Shown in pieces: positions 37,167 through 45,462 of a stretch of DNA of 64,000 nucleotides. The stretch is from Nanobdellota archaeon (GTDB lineage: Archaea > Nanobdellota > Nanobdellia > Pacearchaeales > GW2011-AR1): assembly GCA_038045385.1 (NCBI GenBank), contig JBBSYE010000003.1, forward strand, positions 21,347 to 85,346, read 5' to 3'. Positions within the stretch are counted from its first letter, which is position 1. Each line of letters starts with the position of its first letter. The notes under the pieces were generated by a model. It had not been told where the DNA came from. It did not search any database and worked only from the letters and a program-made list of their open reading frames with translations. The position numbers were made by a program, and so were the translations under genes.

Positions 37167-39761
37167 TTACTCGTCTCTTCCCTCAATAATTCCCATCTGC
37201 AACTCATGCATTCTCTTCAAGAATTTAACTCTCTCTTCAACATTAATAAAATCCCCATGGCTCTGCGTCGCAAGAGTCAATCCAAAGGGCGAAACAATTG
37301 GAGTATTAATTTTTTTTACCTTTAATTCTCCATTCTCAATTCTTTTAACAACAGCTCTTGCCTTCTCTATATCCATCAAATCCTCCAAGATTTCTCTCCT
37401 AGCCTCACGTAATATAGGAAATTCCCCACTTAGCTTTTTAACAGTGGCCAAAAGAAAGCCAGAATGCACTTGTTGCTTACCCACGCTCTTACTTCTTCCT
37501 CTATAACTTCGCAGTATCATCAAACTCCTAGCTGCACAATGTCTAAATCTCCTCTTTAGAATATCACTTTTCTCAATAGCCTCCGAAATAATAGAATCAA
37601 TATTCTTCGAGTTCAATCCAGCAAGTATTTTATTTTCATCAAGTTTCTCCCCAGCAATAAAGAAACCATTATCATTTATCCCAATTTCAACATCTCTATG
37701 CTTCAACTGAGCAGCAATAAATCCGTAAGCTCTAGAAAGAGCGTCATTAACTCTTCTTCCATAAAGCGTATGAAATATCAAATACTCCTTCTCTCCTCTA
37801 AATTTCTCAATAAGCAATGTCTTCTCTCCAGGAAGTTCAGAAAATCTATCCTGTTCTTTACAATAATCATAAATCATCTCGCTAGCCTTTTCATCACAAT
37901 ACAAATAGCCTTTCAAAAATTCGCAACACTCTTTCTTATTTCCTATTCTATCTTTTATCAATCCTCTAAGCTTAACTATTGCGATAGCAACATCATAACT
38001 CAAAGGAAGCTGCTCAGAAAACCAACTCGGCACAGTCGGCGACTTTGAAACTTCAGATCTGACATAAGCTTTCATTCCTCTAGAAAATAAAAATTGATAC
38101 TTCATTCCGCCGAGAACAAACACATCTCCTCTATGAAGCCTCTCAAGAAAGCCCTCATCAATACTACCGATACTTTCCTTTCCAAGAACAACATCAATAT
38201 ACCCCTCTTCCGCGATAGTCCCAATGTTAGTCATATAAATTATTCTAGCAAGTTTTCCTCTCTTCCCAACCTCTCCAGTTTTAGCATCATACCATATTTT
38301 TGCATAAACGTTTCTCTCTTCTAAAGCATAATCTCCCGCAAGGTAACTTATAACCGAATAAAAATCTTCTTTACTCAAATTTCTATAACAATAACTCTTT
38401 CTCACAAGCTTTAAAATCTGATCGATATTCCAAACTCTACTTATGGCCATTCCAAAAATCTGCTGAGCCAATACATCTAAGGCATTTACAGGAATATGTG
38501 CTCTATCTATCTTCTTTTCAATCATATGTTTCATCAATATACTACATTCAACTAAGTCATCTCGATCCATAACTACAAAGCGACCTTTAGGCTCCGAGTG
38601 AAGCTTATGTCCTGCTCTCCCAATTCTCTGAAGAGCTCTAGCAACCCCCTTGGGACTCCTAAGCAGCACAACAAGATCTATACTTCCAATATCAATCCCT
38701 AGTTCGAGGCTAGTACTAGTCACAACAACTTTCAATTCACCGCTTCTCAACCTCTCTTCAATATTCAATCTAGTTGCTTTGCTCATTGAACCATGATGCG
38801 CCCCAATAAGCCCAGTATATTTTCCAGGAAAATGCAAATCAAGATAATGAATTATCCTTTCAGTAGCATTTCTTGTATTAGTAAATATCAAAGTTGTCTT
38901 GTGTTCCTGAATAAGTTCATCCAAAAGATGATACAATCTCTTCGCTTGAGCAGGAGATTCGGCTTCAAGCAAGTCAGTAGTAGGATAAAGCAAAGAAAGA
39001 TCCATACCCCTTATCATCTTTACATCCGCAATAACACAATCTCTCCCACCACCAACAAGAAATCCAGCAATCTCCTCCAAAGGAGAGATAGTCGCGCTCA
39101 ATCCAACCCTAACTGGCTCAATCAAACTAACCTCCGAAAGTCTTTCTAGAGTAATTGACAAGTGAACGCCTCTTTTATTGGCCATAGCATGTATCTCATC
39201 AACAATAACAAACTCCAAAGCCCCAAGATTAGCGCCAAATTTAGGAGCGACAAGGATAATAGCCAAGCTTTCAGGGGTAGTGACAAGTATATGTGGAATC
39301 TTTCGAGCCATCTTAGCTCTTGCAGAGGCAGTAGTGTCTCCAGTTCTAAGCCCAACTCTAATCTCCTGCAATTTTATTCCTTTCTTTTCAGCAATCTCAT
39401 AAATTTCCGCAAGTGGTCGTTCCAAGTTAACAAATATATCATTCGAAAGCGCTTTCAAAGGAGAAACATAAACGGCATAAATCTTATTTTCAAGTTCTTT
39501 CCTTTCAGCCAAACTAACAAGATAATTCAAAATAGCCAAAAAAGCAGTTAAAGTTTTTGTGCCTCCGGTGGGCGCACTGATAAGTATATTCTTTCTAGAA
39601 TGTATAGACAAAACACCATAAAGCTGAGTCAGACTAAATGCCTTAAACTTCGAGAAAAACCATTCCTTCACAAGCGGGTGAAGAACATTCACTAGTTCAG
39701 CCTCGCTACAAGGTTCAATATATTCATAATTCTTCATCTTATCCATTTCAGCCATTCGCAC
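37167..39761 (-). CDS. lhr: Lhr-like large SF2 helicase
   Basis: APTGGTKT, DEIH and RIGRAGH, followed by a long C-terminal domain. The 864-aa size fits Lhr-core proteins. Confidence 0.8.
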   Translation of the reverse strand: MRMAEMDKMKNYEYIEPCSEAELVNVLHPLVKEWFFSKFKAFSLTQLYGVLSIHSRKNILISAPTGGTKTLTAFLAILNYLVSLAERKELENKIYAVYVSPLKALSNDIFVNLERPLAEIYEIAEKKGIKLQEIRVGLRTGDTTASARAKMARKIPHILVTTPESLAIILVAPKFGANLGALEFVIVDEIHAMANKRGVHLSITLERLSEVSLIEPVRVGLSATISPLEEIAGFLVGGGRDCVIADVKMIRGMDLSLLYPTTDLLEAESPAQAKRLYHLLDELIQEHKTTLIFTNTRNATERIIHYLDLHFPGKYTGLIGAHHGSMSKATRLNIEERLRSGELKVVVTSTSLELGIDIGSIDLVVLLRSPKGVARALQRIGRAGHKLHSEPKGRFVVMDRDDLVECSILMKHMIEKKIDRAHIPVNALDVLAQQIFGMAISRVWNIDQILKLVRKSYCYRNLSKEDFYSVISYLAGDYALEERNVYAKIWYDAKTGEVGKRGKLARIIYMTNIGTIAEEGYIDVVLGKESIGSIDEGFLERLHRGDVFVLGGMKYQFLFSRGMKAYVRSEVSKSPTVPSWFSEQLPLSYDVAIAIVKLRGLIKDRIGNKKECCEFLKGYLYCDEKASEMIYDYCKEQDRFSELPGEKTLLIEKFRGEKEYLIFHTLYGRRVNDALSRAYGFIAAQLKHRDVEIGINDNGFFIAGEKLDENKILAGLNSKNIDSIISEAIEKSDILKRRFRHCAARSLMILRSYRGRSKSVGKQQVHSGFLLATVKKLSGEFPILREARREILEDLMDIEKARAVVKRIENGELKVKKINTPIVSPFGLTLATQSHGDFINVEERVKFLKRMHELQMGIIEGRDE

Positions 39762-39805
39762 CCTCCGTTTGATTAGTATAAAAGAGTTATGATAGATGAA
39801 CTGTT

Positions 39806-40384
39806 CTAAGCAACTTTCTTTCTTTTGATTATTTCTAAACGCCTCGCAAAATTAGGATCCCAGGTTAAAATCAAACTTTCAATATCTTTTTCAGCAACTT
39901 CACTATATTCAGCTTCATTCATCTGTCTAAAAATCATCTTTTCCCTTAAAGAAGCAGCCCTCCTCATTATTTCAAGAGAAGGTTTGTATTGAACCCCATC
40001 AACCTCCACACCATAGAACGGCCTACGTGAAGAGACCTTAGCTAATCCAATCTTCATAGCCCTTTCAAAATTTCCAACAAATTCCGAATTAGGGTAATTT
40101 GCACCACTTCCATGGATAAGTAGTCCTAACTTAATAAAAACAGAGTCTTCTTGACAATCAGGACGATGGGAATTTAGACGATTATCCAAAGGACTCAGAT
40201 TTTTTACTCCACATAAGTTGCAGGCTATTCCTTCAGCTTTAGTAATTTTCAATCTAGATTCAGATATACTTCTATAATTCTTGTCTATTGCTTCTACATC
40301 TCCACCACGAAGATTCCTAATTTCTTCCCTAGTTCTTTCTATATCTAGTTTTTTCCTAGCAATATATTCACTGATTTTATCCAT
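39806..40384 (-). CDS. hypothetical protein, likely co-transcribed with lhr
   Basis: A 192-aa ORF, 44 nt upstream of lhr on the same strand. Confidence 0.4.
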   Translation of the reverse strand: MDKISEYIARKKLDIERTREEIRNLRGGDVEAIDKNYRSISESRLKITKAEGIACNLCGVKNLSPLDNRLNSHRPDCQEDSVFIKLGLLIHGSGANYPNSEFVGNFERAMKIGLAKVSSRRPFYGVEVDGVQYKPSLEIMRRAASLREKMIFRQMNEAEYSEVAEKDIESLILTWDPNFARRLEIIKRKKVA

Positions 40385-40452
40385 AAAAATACCAAGGAAC
40401 TTGCCTTTTAAACATTACTAAGATATAAAAAATCAACTTCCCCATTTTATAG

Positions 40453-40725
40453 ATGCCACAAGTTTCAGCAGTAAAAAAAGATAAAATCTCCGAGCACATA
40501 ATAAGTTATTTATTCTCCATCGCTCCAGAATCCGCACATACCTCAGACATCGCTCGAGAAGAAGCCCGCGACGAAGAATTCATAAAAACAATTCTTCACG
40601 AATTGGAATCAAAGAAACTCATAGTTAAGATAGCAAAGAATGCAAGAGGCGTAGAATACATCAGACGTTCTCGTTGGCGCCTATCAAACCGAGCTTTCGA
40701 AGCCTATCAAAAAGCCCAAAGATAA
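40453..40725 (+). CDS. small winged-helix DNA-binding protein
   Basis: A 90-aa protein: HTSDIAREEARDEEFIKTILHELESKKLIVKIAKNARGVEYIRRSRWRLS. Confidence 0.45.
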   Translation: MPQVSAVKKDKISEHIISYLFSIAPESAHTSDIAREEARDEEFIKTILHELESKKLIVKIAKNARGVEYIRRSRWRLSNRAFEAYQKAQR

Positions 40726-41103
40726 TTATTTATAAATAAATTCTAAAGGTGCGTGGATCTTCTCGCGTCTTGGCACTTCTTCACCAGGTTTAGCTGGTTC
40801 CCCATCAATCTCTTGAGTTAAAAGAGTAGTATAATTTTTTCCAATAGGGATTGAGCTATTATTATAAAACGAAGAGCTTCTCACTATATCTCCACGCACA
40901 TCAAACTCACAGAATCTTCTCAAACTTGCAGGACAAGGAGAGTCACAAATAACCCCTAATGGGCAAGATAGAGCACACTTATACTCTCCTCTAACCACAG
41001 ATTCCTTTTTTTCAAGCATGATATTATTCGGATAAGGGTCTATTATATACGTCCCATCATCAAGTTTAACTTCTCTTCCACTACATTTCAAATACCACAT
41101 CAT
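40726..41103 (-). CDS. Cys-rich hypothetical protein
   Basis: A 125-aa ORF with the cluster CALSCPLGVICDSPCPASLRRFC. Confidence 0.35.
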   Translation of the reverse strand: MMWYLKCSGREVKLDDGTYIIDPYPNNIMLEKKESVVRGEYKCALSCPLGVICDSPCPASLRRFCEFDVRGDIVRSSSFYNNSSIPIGKNYTTLLTQEIDGEPAKPGEEVPRREKIHAPLEFIYK

Positions 41104-41185
41104 AACTCCACAAAAATAACCTATTTAAACATTATTAGACAAGAATAACAACAATCTTTATAATCTCAATAGGAGATAAAAAACA

Positions 41186-41863
41186 ATGGATCCAATAAAA
41201 GAAGCTTTTTCTAAAGTAAAACAAGACATGGATTATCTAAAATTTGAACTTGAGGATCTAAAACAACAAATATCAGACTTAAAAGACTCAATATTAAACA
41301 ATCAATCAAACCAACCAACAGAAGTTCCAACACAACACCCTTCAAATCAATCAAACCAACACATAACTCCAACACATAATTTAACCGAACTTTCTAAACA
41401 AGCTCAATACGGCTTAATAAGCCCAAATTCAAGCTTTTCCACTGGAAATGAAGGGGTTCCAACAAACCAACCAACAAACCAACAAACCAACCAACACATC
41501 GGAAATAGGGGGGTCTCCACAAGAATAGACAATCTACAAAGAGCCAGTGAAATTCTAAACTCATTAGACGATCTAAAGAAAGAAGTTCGTATTAAATTCA
41601 AGAAACTAACAGATCAAGAAATGGTTATATTTAGCGCAATTTACACATTTGACGAATTAAAGCAAAATCCAGACTATTCTCTACTTGCAAAACACCTAAA
41701 TTTAACCGAAATTTCAATCCGCGACTATGTTCGGAAAATAATATCCAAGGGAATTCCCCTCGATAAAACAAAAGAAAACAACAAAAAGATCACTCTCTCA
41801 ATCCCCTCCGAATTAAAGCGAATTGCAACCCTTCAAACCATCCTTCAATTGCGCGAAATCTAA
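41186..41863 (+). CDS. coiled-coil, low-complexity and C-terminal wHTH protein (island paralog A)
   Basis: N-terminal IKEAFSKVKQDMDYLKFELEDLKQQISDLKD, then NQ/PT repeats (PTNQPTNQQTNQH). The C-terminus is LTDQEMVIFSAIY...LAKHLNLTEISIRDYVRKIISKGIPL. Confidence 0.55.
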   Translation: MDPIKEAFSKVKQDMDYLKFELEDLKQQISDLKDSILNNQSNQPTEVPTQHPSNQSNQHITPTHNLTELSKQAQYGLISPNSSFSTGNEGVPTNQPTNQQTNQHIGNRGVSTRIDNLQRASEILNSLDDLKKEVRIKFKKLTDQEMVIFSAIYTFDELKQNPDYSLLAKHLNLTEISIRDYVRKIISKGIPLDKTKENNKKITLSIPSELKRIATLQTILQLREI

Positions 41864-41948
41864 TAAAATATAACTTACCGACCCACACCGAATAACTATT
41901 ATACGTTCCACTAAGTTCTCGCCATCCTCTTCCGCTTAGAGAAAAAGA

Positions 41949-42143
41949 TTAAAGCGAACTTATTAACACACTTTTTTCCACAACTTCAGAATTGCCATTT
42001 TTTACCAAGGCGAATCCCTCATTTTTTCCAGTTGAAAATAACCTTTTCCCTCTTGAACTCTCAAAAAATAAGCTCACTTTTCTAGATAAAATCATTCTTC
42101 CTCGAAATACTCTCACAAATCTACAAACATGACACTTTTTCAT
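41949..42143 (-). CDS. possible small basic protein
   Basis: ATGA overlap with the upstream wHTH gene. The sequence is otherwise weak (MKKCHVCRFVRVFRGR...). Confidence 0.25.
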   Translation of the reverse strand: MKKCHVCRFVRVFRGRMILSRKVSLFFESSRGKRLFSTGKNEGFALVKNGNSEVVEKSVLISSL

Positions 42144-42823
42144 TCGTCAAATCCCTCACTTTTCTCTATCTCTTGCTGCTTTTTCTTGTTTTTCTTCTTT
42201 TTTCCTGTACTCGCAACTCTCACTTTTGCGTATTTCTGTAGTTTAACACGAACTTCTTCACTTACATATACCCTTTTCTTCCCATTAGGTTCGGTTAACT
42301 CTAATATCAAGCCCTCACTTTTCTGTTTTATTGCATTAATTTGCCCTCTAATCGTAGATCTCTCTTTTCCTAATAGCCTCGCTAAATCCTCATAACTCAA
42401 CTTCATATCCTCTCCAGCATTCATCAACGTAATTACTAGCAATCTTTCATTTGAACTCAAATTATGCAAAATATCATATAAATTGCCTGTTTGAACAGCT
42501 GTTTGAACAGAATTTTGAACAGCATAAACAGCCCCCTGTTTAGCTAAAACACCCGTTTTTTTAAACACCTGTTTATTTTTTGCCTCAAAATCAACCAAAG
42601 CAACAGCCTCTTTCAATCCTTCAACTTCATCTCTAATCGACGACAAATCAATTTTAAGCCCGTTTAACATATCAAACAGCTGTTTATCCTGCTCATCAAG
42701 GTGTTTAACCCACGTTCCAACCTTCTCAATATCCCCTTTAACACTCTCAAAACTCTTCCTAGTCTTATTTTCCAGCTGTTCAAACCCCTCAGAATCCTTC
42801 TTTTTGAATAACCATCCAAACAT
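42140..42823 (-). CDS. coiled-coil plus C-terminal wHTH protein (island paralog B)
   Basis: N-terminal FESVKGDIEKVGTWVKHLDEQDKQLFDMLNGLKIDLSSIRDEVEGLKE. C-terminal LSSNERLLVITLMNAGEDMKLSYEDLARLLGKERSTIRGQINAIKQK. Confidence 0.55.
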   Translation of the reverse strand: MFGWLFKKKDSEGFEQLENKTRKSFESVKGDIEKVGTWVKHLDEQDKQLFDMLNGLKIDLSSIRDEVEGLKEAVALVDFEAKNKQVFKKTGVLAKQGAVYAVQNSVQTAVQTGNLYDILHNLSSNERLLVITLMNAGEDMKLSYEDLARLLGKERSTIRGQINAIKQKSEGLILELTEPNGKKRVYVSEEVRVKLQKYAKVRVASTGKKKKNKKKQQEIEKSEGFDE

Positions 42824-42932
42824 AATATCTATATTACGTCGCTATATTTAAACCTTTCCACACAAGTAACAAAAACCCAACACATAAAATAAACAAAAAC
42901 AAACACCCTCTAAACACCCCTACACCAACAAA

Positions 42933-42972
42933 AAACACCTGTTTAAACAGCTAAAAACACCTGTTTAAACAT
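42933..42972 (+). repeat. two tandem AAACACCTGTTTAAACA boxes in a 22-bp register; the first holds the perfect palindrome CTGTTTAAACAG
   Basis: Read directly: aaacacctgtttaaacagctaaaaacacctgtttaaacat. The boxes lie 110-150 bp upstream of the start of the wHTH gene 42140..42823. Confidence 0.8.
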
Positions 42973-43064
42973 CAAAGTTTACCATTTCATCTCTCACCGA
43001 CGATAAAACACGCCCAAGAAAGATATAAAAACACCTGCCTCCTATTTCTAAAATCTGATAAAGG

Positions 43065-43265
43065 GTGAAAGGAGGTACAAAAATGGCAAAATTAACTGCT
43101 TGGTTGATGACTTTAATAGGTATTTTGTGGCTTCTTCCTCTAATGGGGATGACACAATTCGGCACACTTACAAACGGCCCAATTTCATGGCTTGTAGGCC
43201 TTGCTTTCCTAGTAATTGGCATCAGCAAACTGATGAGAAATTACTCTTCCCAAAGAAGAAGATAA
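43065..43265 (+). CDS. small two-TM membrane protein
   Basis: A strong SD-like GGAGGT lies 7 nt upstream of the ATG, and the protein has two hydrophobic helices. It is preferred over the overlapping minus-strand ORF 42965..43228. Confidence 0.5.
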   Translation: MKGGTKMAKLTAWLMTLIGILWLLPLMGMTQFGTLTNGPISWLVGLAFLVIGISKLMRNYSSQRRR

Positions 43266-43321
43266 ACCTCTAAAACCCTTTATTTTTATTTATTTTACAA
43301 TTTTTCCAATCAAAACACCCC

Positions 43322-43573
43322 ATGAAACTCTTTAAGCACAAAAAATCATACCGACGTGAGTTCCGCCGTCAAATACGTCTGGCCATAGTCGCCGCAATCG
43401 GCTTTACAGTCGCTTTTGCTTGGCGTAACGCAGTTTACGATTCTTTATACGAATTCGTGGCCCGTTTTGCACAATCAACCCAAACCTTACTAACAGATTT
43501 CTACACAGCCTTATTTATCACCGCATTAGGAGTCGCAGTCATCTATATCACATCCCGTTTATTGAAAGATTAA
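43322..43573 (+). CDS. small two-TM membrane protein (DUF5654-like by recollection)
   Basis: FRRQIRLAIVAAIGFTVAFAWRNAVYD. GC is locally high: 57 G+C in 120 nt at 43321-43440 by hand count. Confidence 0.45.
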   Translation: MKLFKHKKSYRREFRRQIRLAIVAAIGFTVAFAWRNAVYDSLYEFVARFAQSTQTLLTDFYTALFITALGVAVIYITSRLLKD

Positions 43574-43643
43574 ACACAATTTTACCGACGATAAACGCTG
43601 TTTAAACACCCGTTTAAGATTTCAAACACCTAAAAGAATACTT

Positions 43644-43683
43644 GCCTCATTAATAGTGAGGCGCGAAGCGCCGAACGCGCTCG
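43644..43683 (+). repeat. GC-rich double-hairpin element, copy A
   Basis: gcctcattaatagtgaggcgcgaagcgccgaacgcgctcg contains the stems GCCTCA/TGAGGC and GGCGC-GAA-GCGCC. It ends 38 nt before the ATG at 43722. Confidence 0.85.
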
Positions 43684-43721
43684 GGTGAAAGATATAAAAA
43701 CCCAGAGACAATCCCGATTTA

Positions 43722-44066
43722 ATGGAAAGACCTCAAAAAAGAACCCCCTTGGACAGAATATTATGGGTCTTAGGAGGAGAACCTCTTCAAACAACCTCAA
43801 GGCAAACCACCGGCCATACTCGTCAAGGAGATTATTCAAATTTATTATGCTCTTACGATAGTTTCATCCCATTAAATCTTTTAAGCCTGCCTGTCCAGTT
43901 ACATGATATTGGAACCCCAATAAAAGACAATCATTCCAATATGCCACATCCTATCGAAGTTTCCTTTTCATATACTACTCCTGATGAAGAAAACGAAGGC
44001 GGAATTTCCGAAACCGATTCTCATGACTCGGGAGATTCAGATGGCGGAAGTGACGGCGGAGACTAA
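43722..44066 (+). CDS. hypothetical protein with an acidic Ser/Asp/Gly tail
   Basis: A 114-aa ORF ending in SETDSHDSGDSDGGSDGGD. Confidence 0.4.
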   Translation: MERPQKRTPLDRILWVLGGEPLQTTSRQTTGHTRQGDYSNLLCSYDSFIPLNLLSLPVQLHDIGTPIKDNHSNMPHPIEVSFSYTTPDEENEGGISETDSHDSGDSDGGSDGGD

Positions 44067-44175
44067 TCCTTTTTAATAAAAAGCTAAAGCTTTCTCCCTT
44101 CGCTTAAATCTTTCAGCATACAAAACAAGTTCGCTTTAACATAAATTTTAATACTCCCCATGGGCTGATAAAACG

Positions 44176-44619
44176 ATGTTAAACGATGCAATAGGACACC
44201 CAATCCGTTATAATTCTTTTTATGGTCAAGAAATAGAAGATAAAATAAGAGTTTGTTTCATTGAGTCTAAACAATACGAACTTAAAACACAAAGAGGACA
44301 TACAGAATGGGGGGTTGATTTTTGGAGAATTAGCGGATTTGGTCAAAAAGCACCAACGATAGAATGGTCCGATGGAACAAAATTACAACATCCAGCGATT
44401 AAAGACTTAATAGACTCCCTCACACATCTTAGTGAACGAGCCATCCTCTCAGGATTAGCAAGAAACGAATTACTTTTAGGTCACAAAAAGGAAGGCATAG
44501 GTTCAGAAGAAGCTTGGCTTTATCATCGAGCCCTAAGAATCGGCTATGTCTCTTTAGCATCAAAACTAATTGAACGTCGCCATAAAATGGGGTTAAAGAC
44601 TTTGCCCCCAAGACACTAA
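44176..44619 (+). CDS. hypothetical protein
   Basis: A 147-aa ORF with no motif recognised. Confidence 0.45.
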   Translation: MLNDAIGHPIRYNSFYGQEIEDKIRVCFIESKQYELKTQRGHTEWGVDFWRISGFGQKAPTIEWSDGTKLQHPAIKDLIDSLTHLSERAILSGLARNELLLGHKKEGIGSEEAWLYHRALRIGYVSLASKLIERRHKMGLKTLPPRH

Positions 44620-44708
44620 TCTTTTACTCTTCGCCTAAAACTTCCACCACACCAAATAATTATTTATACAAAGGAAAACTATATAAAATTCATTACCCTA
44701 CACCCTTC

Positions 44709-44912
44709 ATGAAAATAACCTATGATAAAGATGCAGATGCTATGTATGTAAGTCTTACTGATAACAAATTTAGCAGTTGCAAGGAAATAGATGAAAACAC
44801 CATCCTAGATTTAGACGAAGATGGCAAGGTAATAGGCATAGAGATATTATTCGTGTCAGAACGATTTCAGAATAAGATTCCGTCCACAATTAATATTGAA
44901 TCGCTCGCATAA
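44709..44912 (+). CDS. DUF2283-family small protein (putative antitoxin-like)
   Basis: MKITYDKDADAMYVSLTD...ILDLDEDGKVIGIEILFVS matches my recollection of DUF2283. Confidence 0.6.
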   Translation: MKITYDKDADAMYVSLTDNKFSSCKEIDENTILDLDEDGKVIGIEILFVSERFQNKIPSTINIESLA

Positions 44913-44995
44913 TTTAAGCTAAATCTTTTAAGCATCTCTATAAACTTTTACCATAAGTCATAAGTTCGTTTTAATTAATATAATTAAAAAACAAT

Positions 44996-45036
44996 GCCTC
45001 AATAAATAGTGAGGCGCGAAGCGCCGAACGCACTCG
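44996..45036 (+). repeat. GC-rich double-hairpin element, copy B
   Basis: In gcctcaataaatagtgaggcgcgaagcgccgaacgcactcg, 25 consecutive nt (tagtgaggcgcgaagcgccgaacgc) are identical to copy A. It ends 38 nt before the ATG at 45075. Confidence 0.85.
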
Positions 45037-45074
45037 ACCGAAAAGGTTAAAAGGGGAAATACTCTCAATAAAAC

Positions 45075-45383
45075 ATGAAAACAAACCTAGATAGCTTTCT
45101 TAGGGCAGGATTAGTAACTTCCGCTGTTGCATTTTTTGGATGGCCAGGTGTTCAATTTTTTAAGCACAATTACGACAATGAAGCAGGTTTAAGGGCAGAG
45201 GTTCGTGGAGTTGTCGATTCAAATCGCGATGGGTTAGTGTCCATAGATGAAAAACAAGCATTTTATAAAGAATTAGGACTTCCCTTTAATGATTGCTTTA
45301 ATTTCACCTTTGAACAAGGCAAAAAGTTTTTAGACGATCGCGGCATTAAAACCCCCTACAGTATTCATTCCGCCACCTTCTAA
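45075..45383 (+). CDS. membrane-anchored protein with an EF-hand-like Ca-binding loop
   Basis: An N-terminal hydrophobic segment. DSNRDGLVSIDE fits the 12-residue EF-hand loop pattern DxNxDGxIxxxE. Confidence 0.5.
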   Translation: MKTNLDSFLRAGLVTSAVAFFGWPGVQFFKHNYDNEAGLRAEVRGVVDSNRDGLVSIDEKQAFYKELGLPFNDCFNFTFEQGKKFLDDRGIKTPYSIHSATF

Positions 45384-45462
45384 CTATTAAAATAGTTCGC
45401 ACAACCTTTATTAACCGTAGTTTTGAGGAGTCTAAAGGGCTAGAAAACGGATTAAAACGAAC

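Noticed and set aside
37698-39551. ORFs antisense to or embedded in lhr (37698..38048, 38094..38324, 38793..39149, 39146..39355, 39162..39551, 39178..39402).
   Set aside because: They are embedded in the Lhr helicase gene and their composition is low-complexity.
42129-42395. Plus-strand 88-aa ORF (MTLFHSSNPSLFSISCCFFLFFFFFP...).
   Set aside because: It is antisense to the wHTH gene 42140..42823 and has poly-F/S low complexity.
42965-43228. Minus-strand 87-aa ORF overlapping 43065..43265.
   Set aside because: The plus-strand ORF has a GGAGGT ribosome-binding site and two clean TM helices. The minus ORF has no start context and spans the repeat/promoter region.
42487-43630. The AAACACC / CTGTTTAAACAG repeat cluster as a CRISPR array.
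   Set aside because: The repeats are only 7-17 nt long and irregularly spaced. Some lie inside a coding sequence, and no cas genes are present.
43644-43683. The hairpin repeat as a tRNA fragment or attachment site of an integrated element.
   Set aside because: The stem GCCTCA/TGAGGC with a 7-nt loop looks superficially like an anticodon arm. However, copy B has an 8-nt loop, there is no T-arm (no GTTCRANYC) and no acceptor stem, and no tRNA gene is present anywhere in the window.
43630-43839. Minus-strand 69-aa ORF covering hairpin copy A and the start of 43722..44066.
   Set aside because: It overlaps a conserved non-coding repeat and a better plus-strand ORF. Its translation is arbitrary-looking.
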